From positions 263,036-327,035 of the forward strand of contig CAVTME010000005.1 in assembly GCA_963735755.1 (NCBI GenBank): 64,000 bases of DNA. The letters run 5' to 3'. Positions 51,507 to 61,716 of the stretch are shown here, piece by piece. The position numbers and the translations under genes are program-made. The notes beneath the pieces were generated by a model. It was not told the DNA's origin. It was given only the letters and a program-made list of their open reading frames with translations, and did no database searches. The stretch comes from an uncultured Bacteroidota bacterium. Lineage in GTDB: Bacteria > Bacteroidota > Bacteroidia > Bacteroidales > GCA-2748055. How positions within the stretch are numbered: position 1 is the stretch's first letter; every line of letters begins with the position of its first letter.

Positions 51507-52646
51507 CTACCAAATATATCCCAGGATCTCCTCCCTTTCAGCTTCGGAGACTGGGTAATTCAGGCCTCCTGACATGCTTTGGTTCATTAGCTCCAGGATA
51601 TCCTTTCCCGAGGCAGGTTCAATGCCTGCATCCTGGCAGCGGACCGGACTTCCCAGTGTGATGAACAACTCCTTGATTCCCCTGATGGTGGCTTCCACAT
51701 CCGGAGTGCCGAATAGGCCGGACCCAAGAAGTTCTATCCTCTCTTTGGCTCTTACACGCATGGTTCTTAACCAGCCAGGATAGATGATTGAAAGGGTAGC
51801 TCCATGGGGAGTGTCATACAGGAAAGAAAGCACATGGCCAAGCGCATGTACTCCCCAGTCGCCCGATTTCCTTCCATATATGGTTGTGTTATTCAAAGCA
51901 TTGGTTGCTGCCCACATGATCCTGGCCCTCAATTCATAATTATGAGGATCCTTTCGAAGCGCGGGACCGTATTCCATGGCTTCTTTAATGATTGAAATGA
52001 CAAACCTGTCCGAAAGAGAGGCATCTCCTTCGCCGAACCATGCCTCGAGACAGTGGGCAATAAGATCCACCGTACCATAAGCGGTGTAGTGGTCTGGTAC
52101 CGACTGTGTATACCTGGGATCAAGGAAGGAATGGACAGGGTACATGACTTCGTTGTTGAAACCGATCTTCTCCCTTGTTTTCGGATTTTGCAGAACGGAG
52201 GTAGCGTTCATTTCGGTACCGGTTGCCGCCAGTGTGAGTACAGCGATCAGCGGAAGGGAAGTAAGAGAGGCATGCTTTCCTTTCATCACATCCCAGGCAT
52301 CATACGCTCCTGACATGCAAACCGCGATAATTTTAGCAGAATCAATAACGCTCCCGCCTCCCACTGCAACCACCAGGTCTGCTCCCGATTCCCTGCCAAG
52401 TTTTGCAGCCTGCATTACATCATCCACCAGGGGATTGGGTTTGATGCCATTAAATTCGGTCACCCGGAGTCCCGCAGATTTCAGTTGTGCCAGGGTGTCC
52501 CCATAGCTTCCGTTACGTAACACGGATCCGCCGCCGTAAACCAGCAGCGCATGTTTCCCAAGGTCAGCAGCCGCGTTTCCAAGATCTTTTACAACCTCTT
52601 TTCCAAAGTGCAGTCTTGTGGGATTAAATGCAATAAAGTTTCTCAT
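51507..52646 (-). CDS. Iron-containing alcohol dehydrogenase (YqhD/butanol dehydrogenase-like)
   Basis: 379 aa, intact, with VAVGGGSVIDSAKII and a histidine-rich metal site (HALGHVLS). Confidence 0.85.
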   Translation of the reverse strand: MRNFIAFNPTRLHFGKEVVKDLGNAAADLGKHALLVYGGGSVLRNGSYGDTLAQLKSAGLRVTEFNGIKPNPLVDDVMQAAKLGRESGADLVVAVGGGSVIDSAKIIAVCMSGAYDAWDVMKGKHASLTSLPLIAVLTLAATGTEMNATSVLQNPKTREKIGFNNEVMYPVHSFLDPRYTQSVPDHYTAYGTVDLIAHCLEAWFGEGDASLSDRFVISIIKEAMEYGPALRKDPHNYELRARIMWAATNALNNTTIYGRKSGDWGVHALGHVLSFLYDTPHGATLSIIYPGWLRTMRVRAKERIELLGSGLFGTPDVEATIRGIKELFITLGSPVRCQDAGIEPASGKDILELMNQSMSGGLNYPVSEAEREEILGYIW

Positions 52647-52656
52647 GAGATAGGTT

Positions 52657-53721
52657 TTAAATTCGATGTATGTTACCTGTTGAAAGATCTGAAGCTCCGC
52701 CCGTTACGCTGGAAAGGCAGTTGATCTCCCCTTTTGTTTTCAACAGTCCAAGCAATGCAAATACCAGGGCCTCCTTATAATTAATCAGGTCAGGGGAGGG
52801 GATAACAAAGCTTGTTTTACTTCTCTGACGGATTCTCTTCATCAATGTCCCGTTTAATGTACCGCCTCCGGTAACCAGAACAGACTGCACCCCTGATCTG
52901 TTCAATACCATGGCAATCTGAACTGCTATATGCTCGGTTAAGGTGGCCAGCTTATCATTGACATCAAGAGGTGATTGATCAATTATGGGTGCATGGTATT
53001 GGGTGAACCATTCTTTTCCTAGCGATTTAGGCGGATCATTTTTAAAATATTCAAGAGCGTTTAAGCTATCAAGCAATGGAGGGTCAACTTCACCAAGACG
53101 TGCCAACCTGCCATTCTTGTCGAAATCAAGCCCTCTGAGTCCGGCGATCCGGTTCAGGGCCATGTTGACCGGAACAATATCGAAGGCCCTCCTTTTGCCT
53201 TCTTCATTGTCAAAGGATATGTTGGCGAATCCTCCCAGGTTCAGACAGGCCCCAAAATCAGCAAAAAGCAAGCGGTCACCCACAGGAACCAATGGAGCCC
53301 CCTGTCCACCCTGGGCCACGTCTTCTCTCCTGAAATCATTTACCACGGAGATTCCTGTCCTTTCGGCCATTGTCCGGCCATCACCGGCCTGGAATGTAAT
53401 TCCTTTTGAAGGATCATGCAGGATGGTGTGCCCGTGGGAAGAGATCAGGTCAGGAATGCATCCGTGTTTCTTGTGAAATTCATTGAGCAGTTTCCCAAAA
53501 TAAGAGCCAAGGTAAACATCCAGTTGGCCTATGCGCTTCATATCCCAGTCACTTGCATCTTCCAGCTGTTTCTTCACGGCCAGGGGATAGGGTATGGTTT
53601 CCGCTGTAAGAATCCGGAAATCCCATTTTCCGTTCTTCCTGGAAAACTCGCAAAATGCCAGGTCCACACCATCCAGCGATGTTCCCGACATGAGTCCCGT
53701 TACCCTGAATATTTCAGCCAT
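52657..53721 (-). CDS. anmK: Anhydro-N-acetylmuramic acid kinase
   Basis: 354 aa with GLMSGTSLDGVD at the N-terminus and GGGTLN near the C-terminus. Confidence 0.85.
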   Translation of the reverse strand: MAEIFRVTGLMSGTSLDGVDLAFCEFSRKNGKWDFRILTAETIPYPLAVKKQLEDASDWDMKRIGQLDVYLGSYFGKLLNEFHKKHGCIPDLISSHGHTILHDPSKGITFQAGDGRTMAERTGISVVNDFRREDVAQGGQGAPLVPVGDRLLFADFGACLNLGGFANISFDNEEGKRRAFDIVPVNMALNRIAGLRGLDFDKNGRLARLGEVDPPLLDSLNALEYFKNDPPKSLGKEWFTQYHAPIIDQSPLDVNDKLATLTEHIAVQIAMVLNRSGVQSVLVTGGGTLNGTLMKRIRQRSKTSFVIPSPDLINYKEALVFALLGLLKTKGEINCLSSVTGGASDLSTGNIHRI

Positions 53722-53731
53722 GGTATGTTTT

Positions 53732-55447
53732 TTACCAGGTGAATGATGTATGAAACAAATTCACATTACCCTGGTAATCTGTGATATACAATTCCAACTC
53801 ATGGGTCTGACCTTCTGCAAGGCGTCCACGATCGTAGGTATAAGTGAGAAGGTCATTTTTAGGATCGTATTCAAACAGGGCCCAGCGATTATCTATGTAC
53901 CCCTCATAGGATTTGATGTCCGAGAGATCATCTGTAATCGTAAAACTCAGTGCCTTTTTTCCGGATTGGTTTCCCGAGCCGCTTCCGTTCCGTGGCTCAA
54001 TTACAGGTGCAATGGTATCCATGGATATGGAATAACTGCCGAATGTCCTGAGACTGGCCACAAGCATTCCATTTTTATATGTACCTCCTTCTGAGACCCA
54101 TTGGTCTTTTTCTTCGTCCAACGTGACAAAAATCAGTTTGTCCCGTAATTCAGGATTGACATCAGGCGCCTTTACAGAAAGCGTATAGGGTTTGTGAAGA
54201 GGAGTTTCTGCATTATGAATATTGTATTGAGCGGACAGGGCTCCCGGGATGGGTTCAGAAACTGAAAATCTGAATCCAAGATCCTCATACAGCGCATTGG
54301 CCGGAATTTCGACCTTCACATCTTCAGCCTGGAAGAGGTTATTCTGGCTATACTTCATCTCTTCTATTTCTATTCCTGAATGGTCGGATGAAGCATGAAT
54401 GCCAGGTTTTCCTGAAAGTGTAAATTGAAGCTCGGACCTGTTTCCAGCCACATCGGTGGCGACCACCCTGACCGCATAGGTTTTCCCCTGGCTGACATCC
54501 AAAATTCCATCATTGACCAGGGGCCCGTAAATCCTGAGTTTGTCATTGGGCAGGCGATGAAGCCGGTGGACCTTTTTCCCGGAGGTCATTCGCTCACCAT
54601 AATCAGTGTGGGCATTGACATACCGTGTCTCAGCAAAGGAGAACTCATCCATTACCTGGCTAAAGGTCAGCTGTTCATTTGCATACACCTCCAGGGTATA
54701 GATACCACAGCGGTTGGAGCTTCCGTCCAGATAGTCGAACACTTCTACCCCCATTCTGATATCACCTTCAGCTTCCAGCCGGGTTCCCCAGGGCACTGTA
54801 TAGATTCCCTGATCGCGAACAAGATGATAAGACTGTTTTTTACCTGTCCCGTTCACATGTCCTTTACCGGGATCTGCTTCAAGCTGCAAGGAGATAAATT
54901 TGGGAGCCACATGGTCCTTGATATTAAATCCGTACTTAAGTGCATTGCTTGGATGCTGGTCTCCGGTGGTCCTTATTTCGAAATGCAAGTGGGGTCCGAA
55001 AGAACCTCCTGTATTTCCAGAGTAGGCGATAAAATCTCCCTTCTCGACCTGAAATTTCCCTGGTTCGAGGTAGATGTCCACCTGGTGAGCCTTTCGCTGA
55101 TACTGTACACTGTTTACATACTCAGCAATATCATCCCGGTAGCGGTCCAGGTGCCCGAAAACCGATGTGTATCCGCCAGGATGCACAAGGTAGATGGATT
55201 TGCCATACCCGTTGGCCTGCACCTTGATCCTGGAAACATAGCCTTTGTCAATGGCAAATACATGATGGCCCGTGGTTCCCTGTGTTTTAATGTCTATGCC
55301 TGAATGAAAGTGGTCGGAACGGATTTCCCCGAAGTTGCCTGAAAGGTACATGGGAATCTTCAGCGGTGGGTGAAACCCTGTGTCACTTTGTCCAAAAGAT
55401 TGAAATACAATAAAATGTATGATGATCAATAAGATATATCTGCGCAT
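53732..55447 (-). CDS. M23 family metallopeptidase
   Basis: 571 aa with a signal peptide, HSGIDI, and GPHLHFEI. Confidence 0.85.
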   Translation of the reverse strand: MRRYILLIIIHFIVFQSFGQSDTGFHPPLKIPMYLSGNFGEIRSDHFHSGIDIKTQGTTGHHVFAIDKGYVSRIKVQANGYGKSIYLVHPGGYTSVFGHLDRYRDDIAEYVNSVQYQRKAHQVDIYLEPGKFQVEKGDFIAYSGNTGGSFGPHLHFEIRTTGDQHPSNALKYGFNIKDHVAPKFISLQLEADPGKGHVNGTGKKQSYHLVRDQGIYTVPWGTRLEAEGDIRMGVEVFDYLDGSSNRCGIYTLEVYANEQLTFSQVMDEFSFAETRYVNAHTDYGERMTSGKKVHRLHRLPNDKLRIYGPLVNDGILDVSQGKTYAVRVVATDVAGNRSELQFTLSGKPGIHASSDHSGIEIEEMKYSQNNLFQAEDVKVEIPANALYEDLGFRFSVSEPIPGALSAQYNIHNAETPLHKPYTLSVKAPDVNPELRDKLIFVTLDEEKDQWVSEGGTYKNGMLVASLRTFGSYSISMDTIAPVIEPRNGSGSGNQSGKKALSFTITDDLSDIKSYEGYIDNRWALFEYDPKNDLLTYTYDRGRLAEGQTHELELYITDYQGNVNLFHTSFTW

Positions 55448-55534
55448 ATTTATCCTGCTCCATTAAAGTTTTCAAAGCTATAGTTTTAAAGCTGAATTGG
55501 AAACCTCAGTCCTTCCATATTATTAAAATAATTC

Positions 55535-55542
55535 TATATTTG
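55535..55542 (+). promoter_or_regulatory. Bacteroidota -7 promoter box (TATATTTG)
   Basis: Matches TAnnTTTG, 22 nt upstream of ATG 55564. Confidence 0.35.
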
Positions 55543-55563
55543 TAAACAATATATCTCTGTTAA

Positions 55564-55860
55564 ATGAGCGTTGAGCAGGCTGAAATACTGGAAGGGATTA
55601 AAAGCAAAATTCACGATGTGAAGATCCGGCTGCAGGAGCAGAAGGATCAGAACGTGGAATTGCAGGAGAAGAATGATGATCTTCAGCTAATGGTTCAACA
55701 AAAGCAGTCGCAGATAAAGGAATTAGAGGAGAAGAACCAGAAATTAACGCTGGTGAAAAGTATCATGGCCGATAGCGAAGATGCAAACGATGCCAGGGTA
55801 CGAATTAATAAAATTGTGCGGGAGATTGATAAGTGTATTGCTCTTTTAAACAGATCATAA
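55564..55860 (+). CDS. Hypothetical coiled-coil protein upstream of zapA
   Basis: 98 aa with a heptad-rich sequence (LQEQKDQNVELQEKNDDLQLMVQQKQSQIKELEEKNQKL). Confidence 0.5.
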   Translation: MSVEQAEILEGIKSKIHDVKIRLQEQKDQNVELQEKNDDLQLMVQQKQSQIKELEEKNQKLTLVKSIMADSEDANDARVRINKIVREIDKCIALLNRS

Positions 55861-55867
55861 GGGGATA

Positions 55868-56152
55868 ATGGAGGAACAACTTTCTATAAAAGTTCAGATA
55901 GCTGAACGGTTTTATCCCCTAAAAATAAAGCAGAAGGATGAGGAGAAGATCAGGAAGGCAGCCAAGCTGATAAATGACAAGGTCCTGCAGTACAAACAGA
56001 GATATACTGACAAGGATGCGCAGGACTTCATGGCAATGGCAGCACTTCAGTTCGTAATTAACTTATTAGATTGCGAACAACAACAAAATGTTGTATCTTT
56101 GGAAGAGGAGCTGGTTGATTTGAGTAGTGAGTTGGATGATTTACTGAAATAA
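55868..56152 (+). CDS. zapA: Cell division protein ZapA
   Basis: 94 aa. The start IKVQIAERFYPLKIKQKDEEKIRKAAKLINDKV matches the ZapA pattern (I.G..Y.L....EE..I..AA..L). Confidence 0.7.
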   Translation: MEEQLSIKVQIAERFYPLKIKQKDEEKIRKAAKLINDKVLQYKQRYTDKDAQDFMAMAALQFVINLLDCEQQQNVVSLEEELVDLSSELDDLLK

Positions 56153-56185
56153 GAGTAATAGCGTTCTTTACATATTAAGATATTG

Positions 56186-56384
56186 CCCGCATTGTTTCTT
56201 CAATTATTTTTGAAACTCAACATTTATGTAATTGGAACAAAGCTCGGGTTATAAAAAGTAGGCCAAAATTTCGGTTCGCCGGGATACTGATACGTCGGTC
56301 ATTGGAAACTTGATATAACTTGGCGGTTCCACCCATGTCGAATGGGGTTTTTTAAAATTTTGAGGAAATATGCGGGTTTTTTTT
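56186..56384 (+). ncRNA. Candidate structured ncRNA (6S-like long closing helix + U-tail) or rny 5' leader
   Basis: CCCGCAT (56186-92) pairs with ATGCGGG (56370-76). GTTTCTTCAA (56194-203) pairs with TTGAGGAAAT (56360-69). A T8 tail follows at 56377-84. Internal hairpins are ATTTCGG-TTCG-CCGGGAT (56268-85) and CCCAT-GTCGA-ATGGG + T6 (56332-53). Confidence 0.35.
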
Positions 56385-56402
56385 GTCTAAAATAAGATAC
56401 CT

Positions 56403-57977
56403 ATGGAACTGATCACACAATCATTGGTTTTACAAACACCCATGGTTCCTTATTTTTTGATCGGAGGTGCTTCATTGCTGGTAGGGTCAGGTATTGCATT
56501 TCTTCTGGTGAATGCAATCGTCAGGAAGAAAAGCAACAACCTGGTAAAAGAGGCAGAAGGAGAAGCCGAAATGATCAAACAGCAGAAGATTCTTCAGGCC
56601 AAGGAGAAATTTCTTCAGTTGAAGGAGGAACATGAAAAGATCATCAATGAGAAAAATAGTAAACTAAATCAAAGAGAGAATGAGGTAAAACAGAAGGAGT
56701 TGTCTATTTCACAAAAGCTGGAGGACGTTCAGCGAAAGAAGAATGAAGTGGATTCCATTCGTGAGAACCTCAATGTTCAACTTGAAATTGTTGAGAAGAA
56801 AAAGGAAGAGTTGGAGCGATCTCACCGGATGCAGGTGGAGCAATTGGAAGCCATCTCGGGCCTGTCAGCAGAGGAGGCAAAGTCACAACTGGTTGAATCC
56901 CTGAAGGAGGAGGCCAAAACCGAGGCCATGTCATTGATCAACGAGATTGTTGACGAGGCAAAGATGACTGCCAACAAGGAGGCCAAGAACATTGTTATCA
57001 AAACCATCCAGAGAGTGGCCAGTGAAACCGCCATTGAAAATGCGGTCACTGTTTTCCATATCGAATCGGATGAGTTGAAAGGTCGAATTATTGGCCGAGA
57101 AGGACGCAACATCAGGGCATTGGAAGCTGCCACCGGGGTAGAGGTCATTGTGGATGATACGCCCGAAGCAATTATTCTTTCGGCCTTTGACCCGGTCAGA
57201 AGAGAGGTGGCCAGGCTGTCACTTCACCAACTGGTAACCGACGGCCGGATTCATCCGGCCCGTATCGAAGAGGTTGTTTCCAAGACAAAGAAGCAGATTG
57301 AGGAGGAGATCATTGAGGTTGGCAAACGTACTGCCATTGATCTTGGAATTCATGGCTTGCACCCTGAACTCACCAGGATGGTTGGAAAGATGAAATACCG
57401 TTCCTCCTATGGTCAGAACCTTCTCCAGCATTCCAGAGAGGTCTCCAACCTATGCGCCATTATGGCCACCGAACTTGGACTGAATGCAAAACTGGCAAGA
57501 CGGGCCGGTTTACTTCATGACATTGGGAAAGTTCCGGATGATGAGCCCGAGATTCCACACGCTGTATTCGGCATGAAACTGGCTGAGAAGTTCAAGGAGA
57601 AAGCTGAAGTTTGCAATGCCATTGGATCGCACCATGATGAGGTTGAGATGACCACATTACTGGCTCCCATTGTACAGGTATGCGATGCCATTTCAGGAGC
57701 AAGGCCCGGAGCTCGCCGGGAGGTGGTTGAGTCATACATCAAGCGCTTGAAGGAGCTTGAAGCCATGGCATTGTCCTACCCGGGCGTTTTGAAAACGTAT
57801 GCCATTCAGGCAGGGCGTGAGTTAAGGGTGATTGTGGGTAGTGAGAAGGTGTCTGATAAGGATGCTGAAAGTCTTTCTTTCGATATTGCCAAGAAGATCC
57901 AGGATGAAATGACCTATCCCGGACAGGTTAAGATAACGGTCATCAGGGAAACCCGGGCCATTAGTTACGCCAAGTAA
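56403..57977 (+). CDS. rny: Ribonuclease Y
   Basis: 524 aa with an N-terminal TM, a coiled coil, a KH domain ([15 protein letters not shown]) and an HD domain (LLHDIGK). Confidence 0.95.
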   Translation: MELITQSLVLQTPMVPYFLIGGASLLVGSGIAFLLVNAIVRKKSNNLVKEAEGEAEMIKQQKILQAKEKFLQLKEEHEKIINEKNSKLNQRENEVKQKELSISQKLEDVQRKKNEVDSIRENLNVQLEIVEKKKEELERSHRMQVEQLEAISGLSAEEAKSQLVESLKEEAKTEAMSLINEIVDEAKMTANKEAKNIVIKTIQRVASETAIENAVTVFHIESDELKGRIIGREGRNIRALEAATGVEVIVDDTPEAIILSAFDPVRREVARLSLHQLVTDGRIHPARIEEVVSKTKKQIEEEIIEVGKRTAIDLGIHGLHPELTRMVGKMKYRSSYGQNLLQHSREVSNLCAIMATELGLNAKLARRAGLLHDIGKVPDDEPEIPHAVFGMKLAEKFKEKAEVCNAIGSHHDEVEMTTLLAPIVQVCDAISGARPGARREVVESYIKRLKELEAMALSYPGVLKTYAIQAGRELRVIVGSEKVSDKDAESLSFDIAKKIQDEMTYPGQVKITVIRETRAISYAK

Positions 57978-59032
57978 TGAAAAGAGTACTTGTTACAGGT
58001 GCTGCTGGATTTATTGGATTTCATTTGTCAAGGAGACTCGTGGAATTGGGTTACCAGGTCACCGGACTTGATGAAATCAATGATTACTATGACCTGGGTT
58101 TAAAGTATGACAGGTTGAAGGAGTCAGGGATTTACCAGGAGAAAATCTCCTACAACCAGCTAATTATCAGTCGGACATCGCCAAATTACCAGTTCATCCA
58201 GTTGAAGTTGGAGGACAGGGATTCAATTTTTAAGTTGTTTGAAAGCAACAAATTCCAGGTGGTGGTTAACCTGGCAGCACAGGCCGGGGTCCGTTACAGT
58301 CTGACACACCCACAGGTATACATCGACAGCAACATTACCGGTTTTCTGAATATACTGGAAGCATGCCGGCACCACCCGGTGGAAAACCTGATTTATGCAA
58401 GCAGTTCCAGTGTATATGGGCTGAACAAGCTGATGCCCTTCCAGGTGAATTCCAATGTGGATCATCCGGTAAGCCTCTATGCAACCAGCAAGAAAAGCAA
58501 CGAGTTAATGGCCCATACTTACAGCCACCTGTTTGGTATACCCACCATTGGATTGCGGTTTTTTACTGTTTATGGTCCATGGGGGCGGCCCGATATGGCA
58601 CTTTTCATTTTTACAAAAGCCATCATAGAAGGGAAACCCATCCAGGTATTCAATCATGGCCATATGGAACGTGATTTTACTTTTGTAGATGATATTGTGG
58701 GCGGGATTGAGCGGATGGTACCTAAACCGCCATTGCCTGATAATCAGTGGGCCTCCTCAAAGCCTGACCCCTCGGGTTCTTCTGCTCCTTACAGAATATA
58801 CAACATCGGAAACAGCGCTCCTGTAAAGCTTACCCATTTCATCGAGTCACTGGAAAAATCCCTGGGAAAGTCCGCTGAAAAAGTGATGATGCCTATCCAG
58901 CCTGGTGATGTGGAAAAAACCTGGGCAGACGTATCGGCTTTGAAAAGGGATTACGGGTACAATCCGGATACTCCGGTTGAAGAGGGCATTCAGAAATTCG
59001 TCGACTGGTACAAATCCTATTATAGTGCCTAG
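57977..59032 (+). CDS. NAD-dependent epimerase/dehydratase (UDP-glucuronate 4-epimerase-like)
   Basis: 351 aa with VTGAAGFIGFHL and YATSKKSNE (YxxxK). Confidence 0.85.
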   Translation: MKRVLVTGAAGFIGFHLSRRLVELGYQVTGLDEINDYYDLGLKYDRLKESGIYQEKISYNQLIISRTSPNYQFIQLKLEDRDSIFKLFESNKFQVVVNLAAQAGVRYSLTHPQVYIDSNITGFLNILEACRHHPVENLIYASSSSVYGLNKLMPFQVNSNVDHPVSLYATSKKSNELMAHTYSHLFGIPTIGLRFFTVYGPWGRPDMALFIFTKAIIEGKPIQVFNHGHMERDFTFVDDIVGGIERMVPKPPLPDNQWASSKPDPSGSSAPYRIYNIGNSAPVKLTHFIESLEKSLGKSAEKVMMPIQPGDVEKTWADVSALKRDYGYNPDTPVEEGIQKFVDWYKSYYSA

Positions 59033-59071
59033 TGCCTAGTGCCTAGTGCCTAGTGCCCAGTACTCAGTTGG
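59023..59071. repeat. Heptamer array TAGTGCC x5 + CAGTACT + CAGTTGG
   Basis: Read directly. It spans the whole gap between two convergent CDSs and contains both of their stop codons. Confidence 0.9.
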
Positions 59072-59945
59072 AGGTTTTTCGCATCAGATGCTTGATTTGT
59101 TTCGCTTTTTCACCTTGACCCGAGCGGTCATAGGCATATCCCAGATTGATCAGCAAACGTTCCAGAATATCAATGTTGGAACATGGTGCAAAATAGAATT
59201 CTTTTTCTTCTATACTCAGCTGCCTGAGATAGGATTTGAGCTCCTTTAATCCCAGGACCGACCCTTTATCTGACGGATTGATATAAAACAAAATTCCGTT
59301 TGGATCTTCATGAAAATCCTGGTCATAGTAGCAAAGCACAAAATTTCTGGGCAGATTTACTCCATAGATGGGGAGGTTCAGCCGTCTGGCCAGCTCTGCA
59401 TAGATCAATCCCAGCAGCACCGGACTTCCCTTGTGGGTGTCAAGTACATGATTCACCAGGTAGAGCTGTGGCGTATGTGCTTTCTTCAGACTTTTATCGA
59501 ATTTATGAATTTCATAGAGGAAGTAATTCATTACCCTCACTTTCTCCAGGGCAGTGAGCTGATTATTAAGTTCCAGCCATATGTCCTTCCTGATCTTCTC
59601 AATCTGGCGGTCAAATGCCTCAAACTCCAGGTCAGGATACTGAAACCGGGCCACCAGGAAGGCTCCATAGAGCAATTCTTCTCCACCGGAGGACCTCCAG
59701 GAATTCAGATCAAAGGCAAGCTTGTTGAACTGGATTTGTTTGATTACCTGTTCTATGCGGACCTGTAAATCAGGCTTCAGGGTTAGTTCCCATCTCTTTT
59801 CAAGTGGGTTGACTACCTCTTCGCCGAGTTCGATGAGGCGGTTTGATACCGTGTTGAATACCTGGTTGTCAGGATCCTCCAACAGACGTATCAGGGCTTC
59901 AAGTTCTTTGCGTTCCGGTTCAGTCATTGTCCGCAAGTTTATCAA
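59064..59945 (-). CDS. Transglutaminase-like / SirB1-type family protein
   Basis: 293 aa, intact, with a TGase-like N-domain plus a TPR-like C-terminus (GSPVLLGLIYAELARRLNLPIYGVNLPRNF). Confidence 0.6.
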   Translation of the reverse strand: MINLRTMTEPERKELEALIRLLEDPDNQVFNTVSNRLIELGEEVVNPLEKRWELTLKPDLQVRIEQVIKQIQFNKLAFDLNSWRSSGGEELLYGAFLVARFQYPDLEFEAFDRQIEKIRKDIWLELNNQLTALEKVRVMNYFLYEIHKFDKSLKKAHTPQLYLVNHVLDTHKGSPVLLGLIYAELARRLNLPIYGVNLPRNFVLCYYDQDFHEDPNGILFYINPSDKGSVLGLKELKSYLRQLSIEEKEFYFAPCSNIDILERLLINLGYAYDRSGQGEKAKQIKHLMRKTSN

Positions 59946-60801
59946 GGACCATACTGATCAGGTGATCCACAAAAGGTTTATAATCCTCTAAAAAAGCTTT
60001 GGATATGCGGTTGGCTATGGCCACGCACATGGTAATGGCTTCATGACCAAGCATGGATGAAAGGGCATAAAGGGCCGAGCACTCCATTTCAAAATTATTG
60101 ATGCGCAGTCCGTTGAAAGAAAAGGTATCAATTTTAGCGATGAGTTGCTCATCAAATGGGGCGAGCCGGATGCTTCTGACCTGGGGGGCATAAAACCCAG
60201 GTGTAGAGATGGTGATACCTGATATGTGATCCTCGCCGTGAAAGCGCTTGAATAATTCCTGTGAACCCTCCACAAAGTAGGGGAAAGAAAGGCTCTCTTT
60301 CCAATCTGTATGCGCCATGAAAGCCTCGGTAAGTCCTGGAACAGTTATCTTCCTGTTATCCCTGTAGAAATGATAGAGCCCGTCAAAGCCACCCGCTACT
60401 TTTGAAATGATGGTTGCCCCGGCTGGAATGTCGGGATGCAAGGCGCCACTTGTACCCAGCCTGATCAATTGCAGGGACCTGTGTTTGGATTTAATTTTCC
60501 TTTGATCCAGATCCACATTCACCAGCGCATCCAGTTCATTGAGCACAATATCGATGTTGTCGGTGCCAATTCCGGTGGAGAGTACACTGATCCGTTTTCC
60601 TTTGTATCTTCCTGTATGGGTCACAAATTCACGGTTTTCCCTGACAATATCAATGGAATCGAAGTGAGATGAGACCTGCGCAACCCGTCCGGGATCCCCC
60701 ACCAGAATAATGGTATCTGCAATATCATCCGCCTGCAGGTGAAGGTGGTAGATGCTTCCATCCGGATTCAGAATAAGATCAGTATGTGAAATCGCGTCCA
60801 T
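59920..60801 (-). CDS. Nucleoside phosphorylase (PNP/UDP family 1)
   Basis: 293 aa, with LVGDPGRV...TGRYKGKRISVLSTGIGTDNIDIVLNEL. Confidence 0.75.
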   Translation of the reverse strand: MDAISHTDLILNPDGSIYHLHLQADDIADTIILVGDPGRVAQVSSHFDSIDIVRENREFVTHTGRYKGKRISVLSTGIGTDNIDIVLNELDALVNVDLDQRKIKSKHRSLQLIRLGTSGALHPDIPAGATIISKVAGGFDGLYHFYRDNRKITVPGLTEAFMAHTDWKESLSFPYFVEGSQELFKRFHGEDHISGITISTPGFYAPQVRSIRLAPFDEQLIAKIDTFSFNGLRINNFEMECSALYALSSMLGHEAITMCVAIANRISKAFLEDYKPFVDHLISMVLDKLADND

Positions 60802-60838
60802 ACTTATGGATTGTACTGTGTTTTCGATAAAAATAGTG

Positions 60839-60846
60839 TAATTTTG
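60839..60846 (+). promoter_or_regulatory. Bacteroidota -7 promoter box (TAATTTTG)
   Basis: Matches TAnnTTTG, 46 nt upstream of ATG 60892. Confidence 0.3.
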
Positions 60847-60891
60847 AAGCTGCTTAGAAAATATTTACTCACAATATTAAATGTTAGAGAA

Positions 60892-61704
60892 ATGAAAAGA
60901 ATTCAATATATTATCGTAAGCGTAGTGGCCGCAGTGATACTGCTTCTCATTTTTGGAAGCAAAATGTTTTTCGTGTTAAAACCAGGTGAACGTGCTGTGA
61001 TTTTTAAGCAATTCAGCGGTGGTCTTGACAAGGATAACATCTTTGTCCCGGGCTTCCATGCCATTGCCCCATGGAATGACATGATTCGCTACGATGTGAA
61101 GGAACAGAAGGCAGAGGAGACCATGGATGTGCTGGATAAGGGAGGCCTCTCCATCAATGTGGATGTTACCATCATATTCAATCCGTTTTATAACAAGATC
61201 GGTTACCTTCATGAGAACATCGGAACCAATTATGTTTCTGTCATGGTCATTCCAAATGTCAGATCAGCGGTAAGGGCTGTCACCGGCCGTTACACAGCGG
61301 AGGAAATCTATTCAACCATGAGGGGCGAAGTGGAGACCGAGATCATTGAAGCCACCCGCAAGGCTTTGGCGGATAAAGATATAGAAATGAAAGACCTGCT
61401 AATCAGAGCCATCACTTTGCCGGAAAAGATAAAGGCTGCCATTGAAAGCAAGCTGCAGCAGCAGCAAGAGGCGCTTGCCTACCAGTACAGATTGGAGCGT
61501 GAGACAAGTGAGGCAGACCGTCTCCGGATCCAGGCCCAGGGTATCGCTGACTACAATGCCATCATCAGCGCATCGCTGACCGACCGCATCCTGACCCAAA
61601 AGGGAATTGATGCAACACTGGAGCTGGCCAATTCACCCAATAGCAAGGTGATTGTCATCGGAAGCGGCGATAATGGTATGCCTCTGATCCTGGGTAACAA
61701 CTAA
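60892..61704 (+). CDS. SPFH/Band 7 (prohibitin/HflC-like) protein
   Basis: ORF 60811..61704, with the likely start MKRIQYIIVSVVAAVILLLIF. It has the SPFH core and a coiled coil QQQQEALAYQYRLERETSEADRLRIQAQGIADY. Confidence 0.8.
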   Translation: MKRIQYIIVSVVAAVILLLIFGSKMFFVLKPGERAVIFKQFSGGLDKDNIFVPGFHAIAPWNDMIRYDVKEQKAEETMDVLDKGGLSINVDVTIIFNPFYNKIGYLHENIGTNYVSVMVIPNVRSAVRAVTGRYTAEEIYSTMRGEVETEIIEATRKALADKDIEMKDLLIRAITLPEKIKAAIESKLQQQQEALAYQYRLERETSEADRLRIQAQGIADYNAIISASLTDRILTQKGIDATLELANSPNSKVIVIGSGDNGMPLILGNN

Positions 61705-61716
61705 GAACCGGACATC

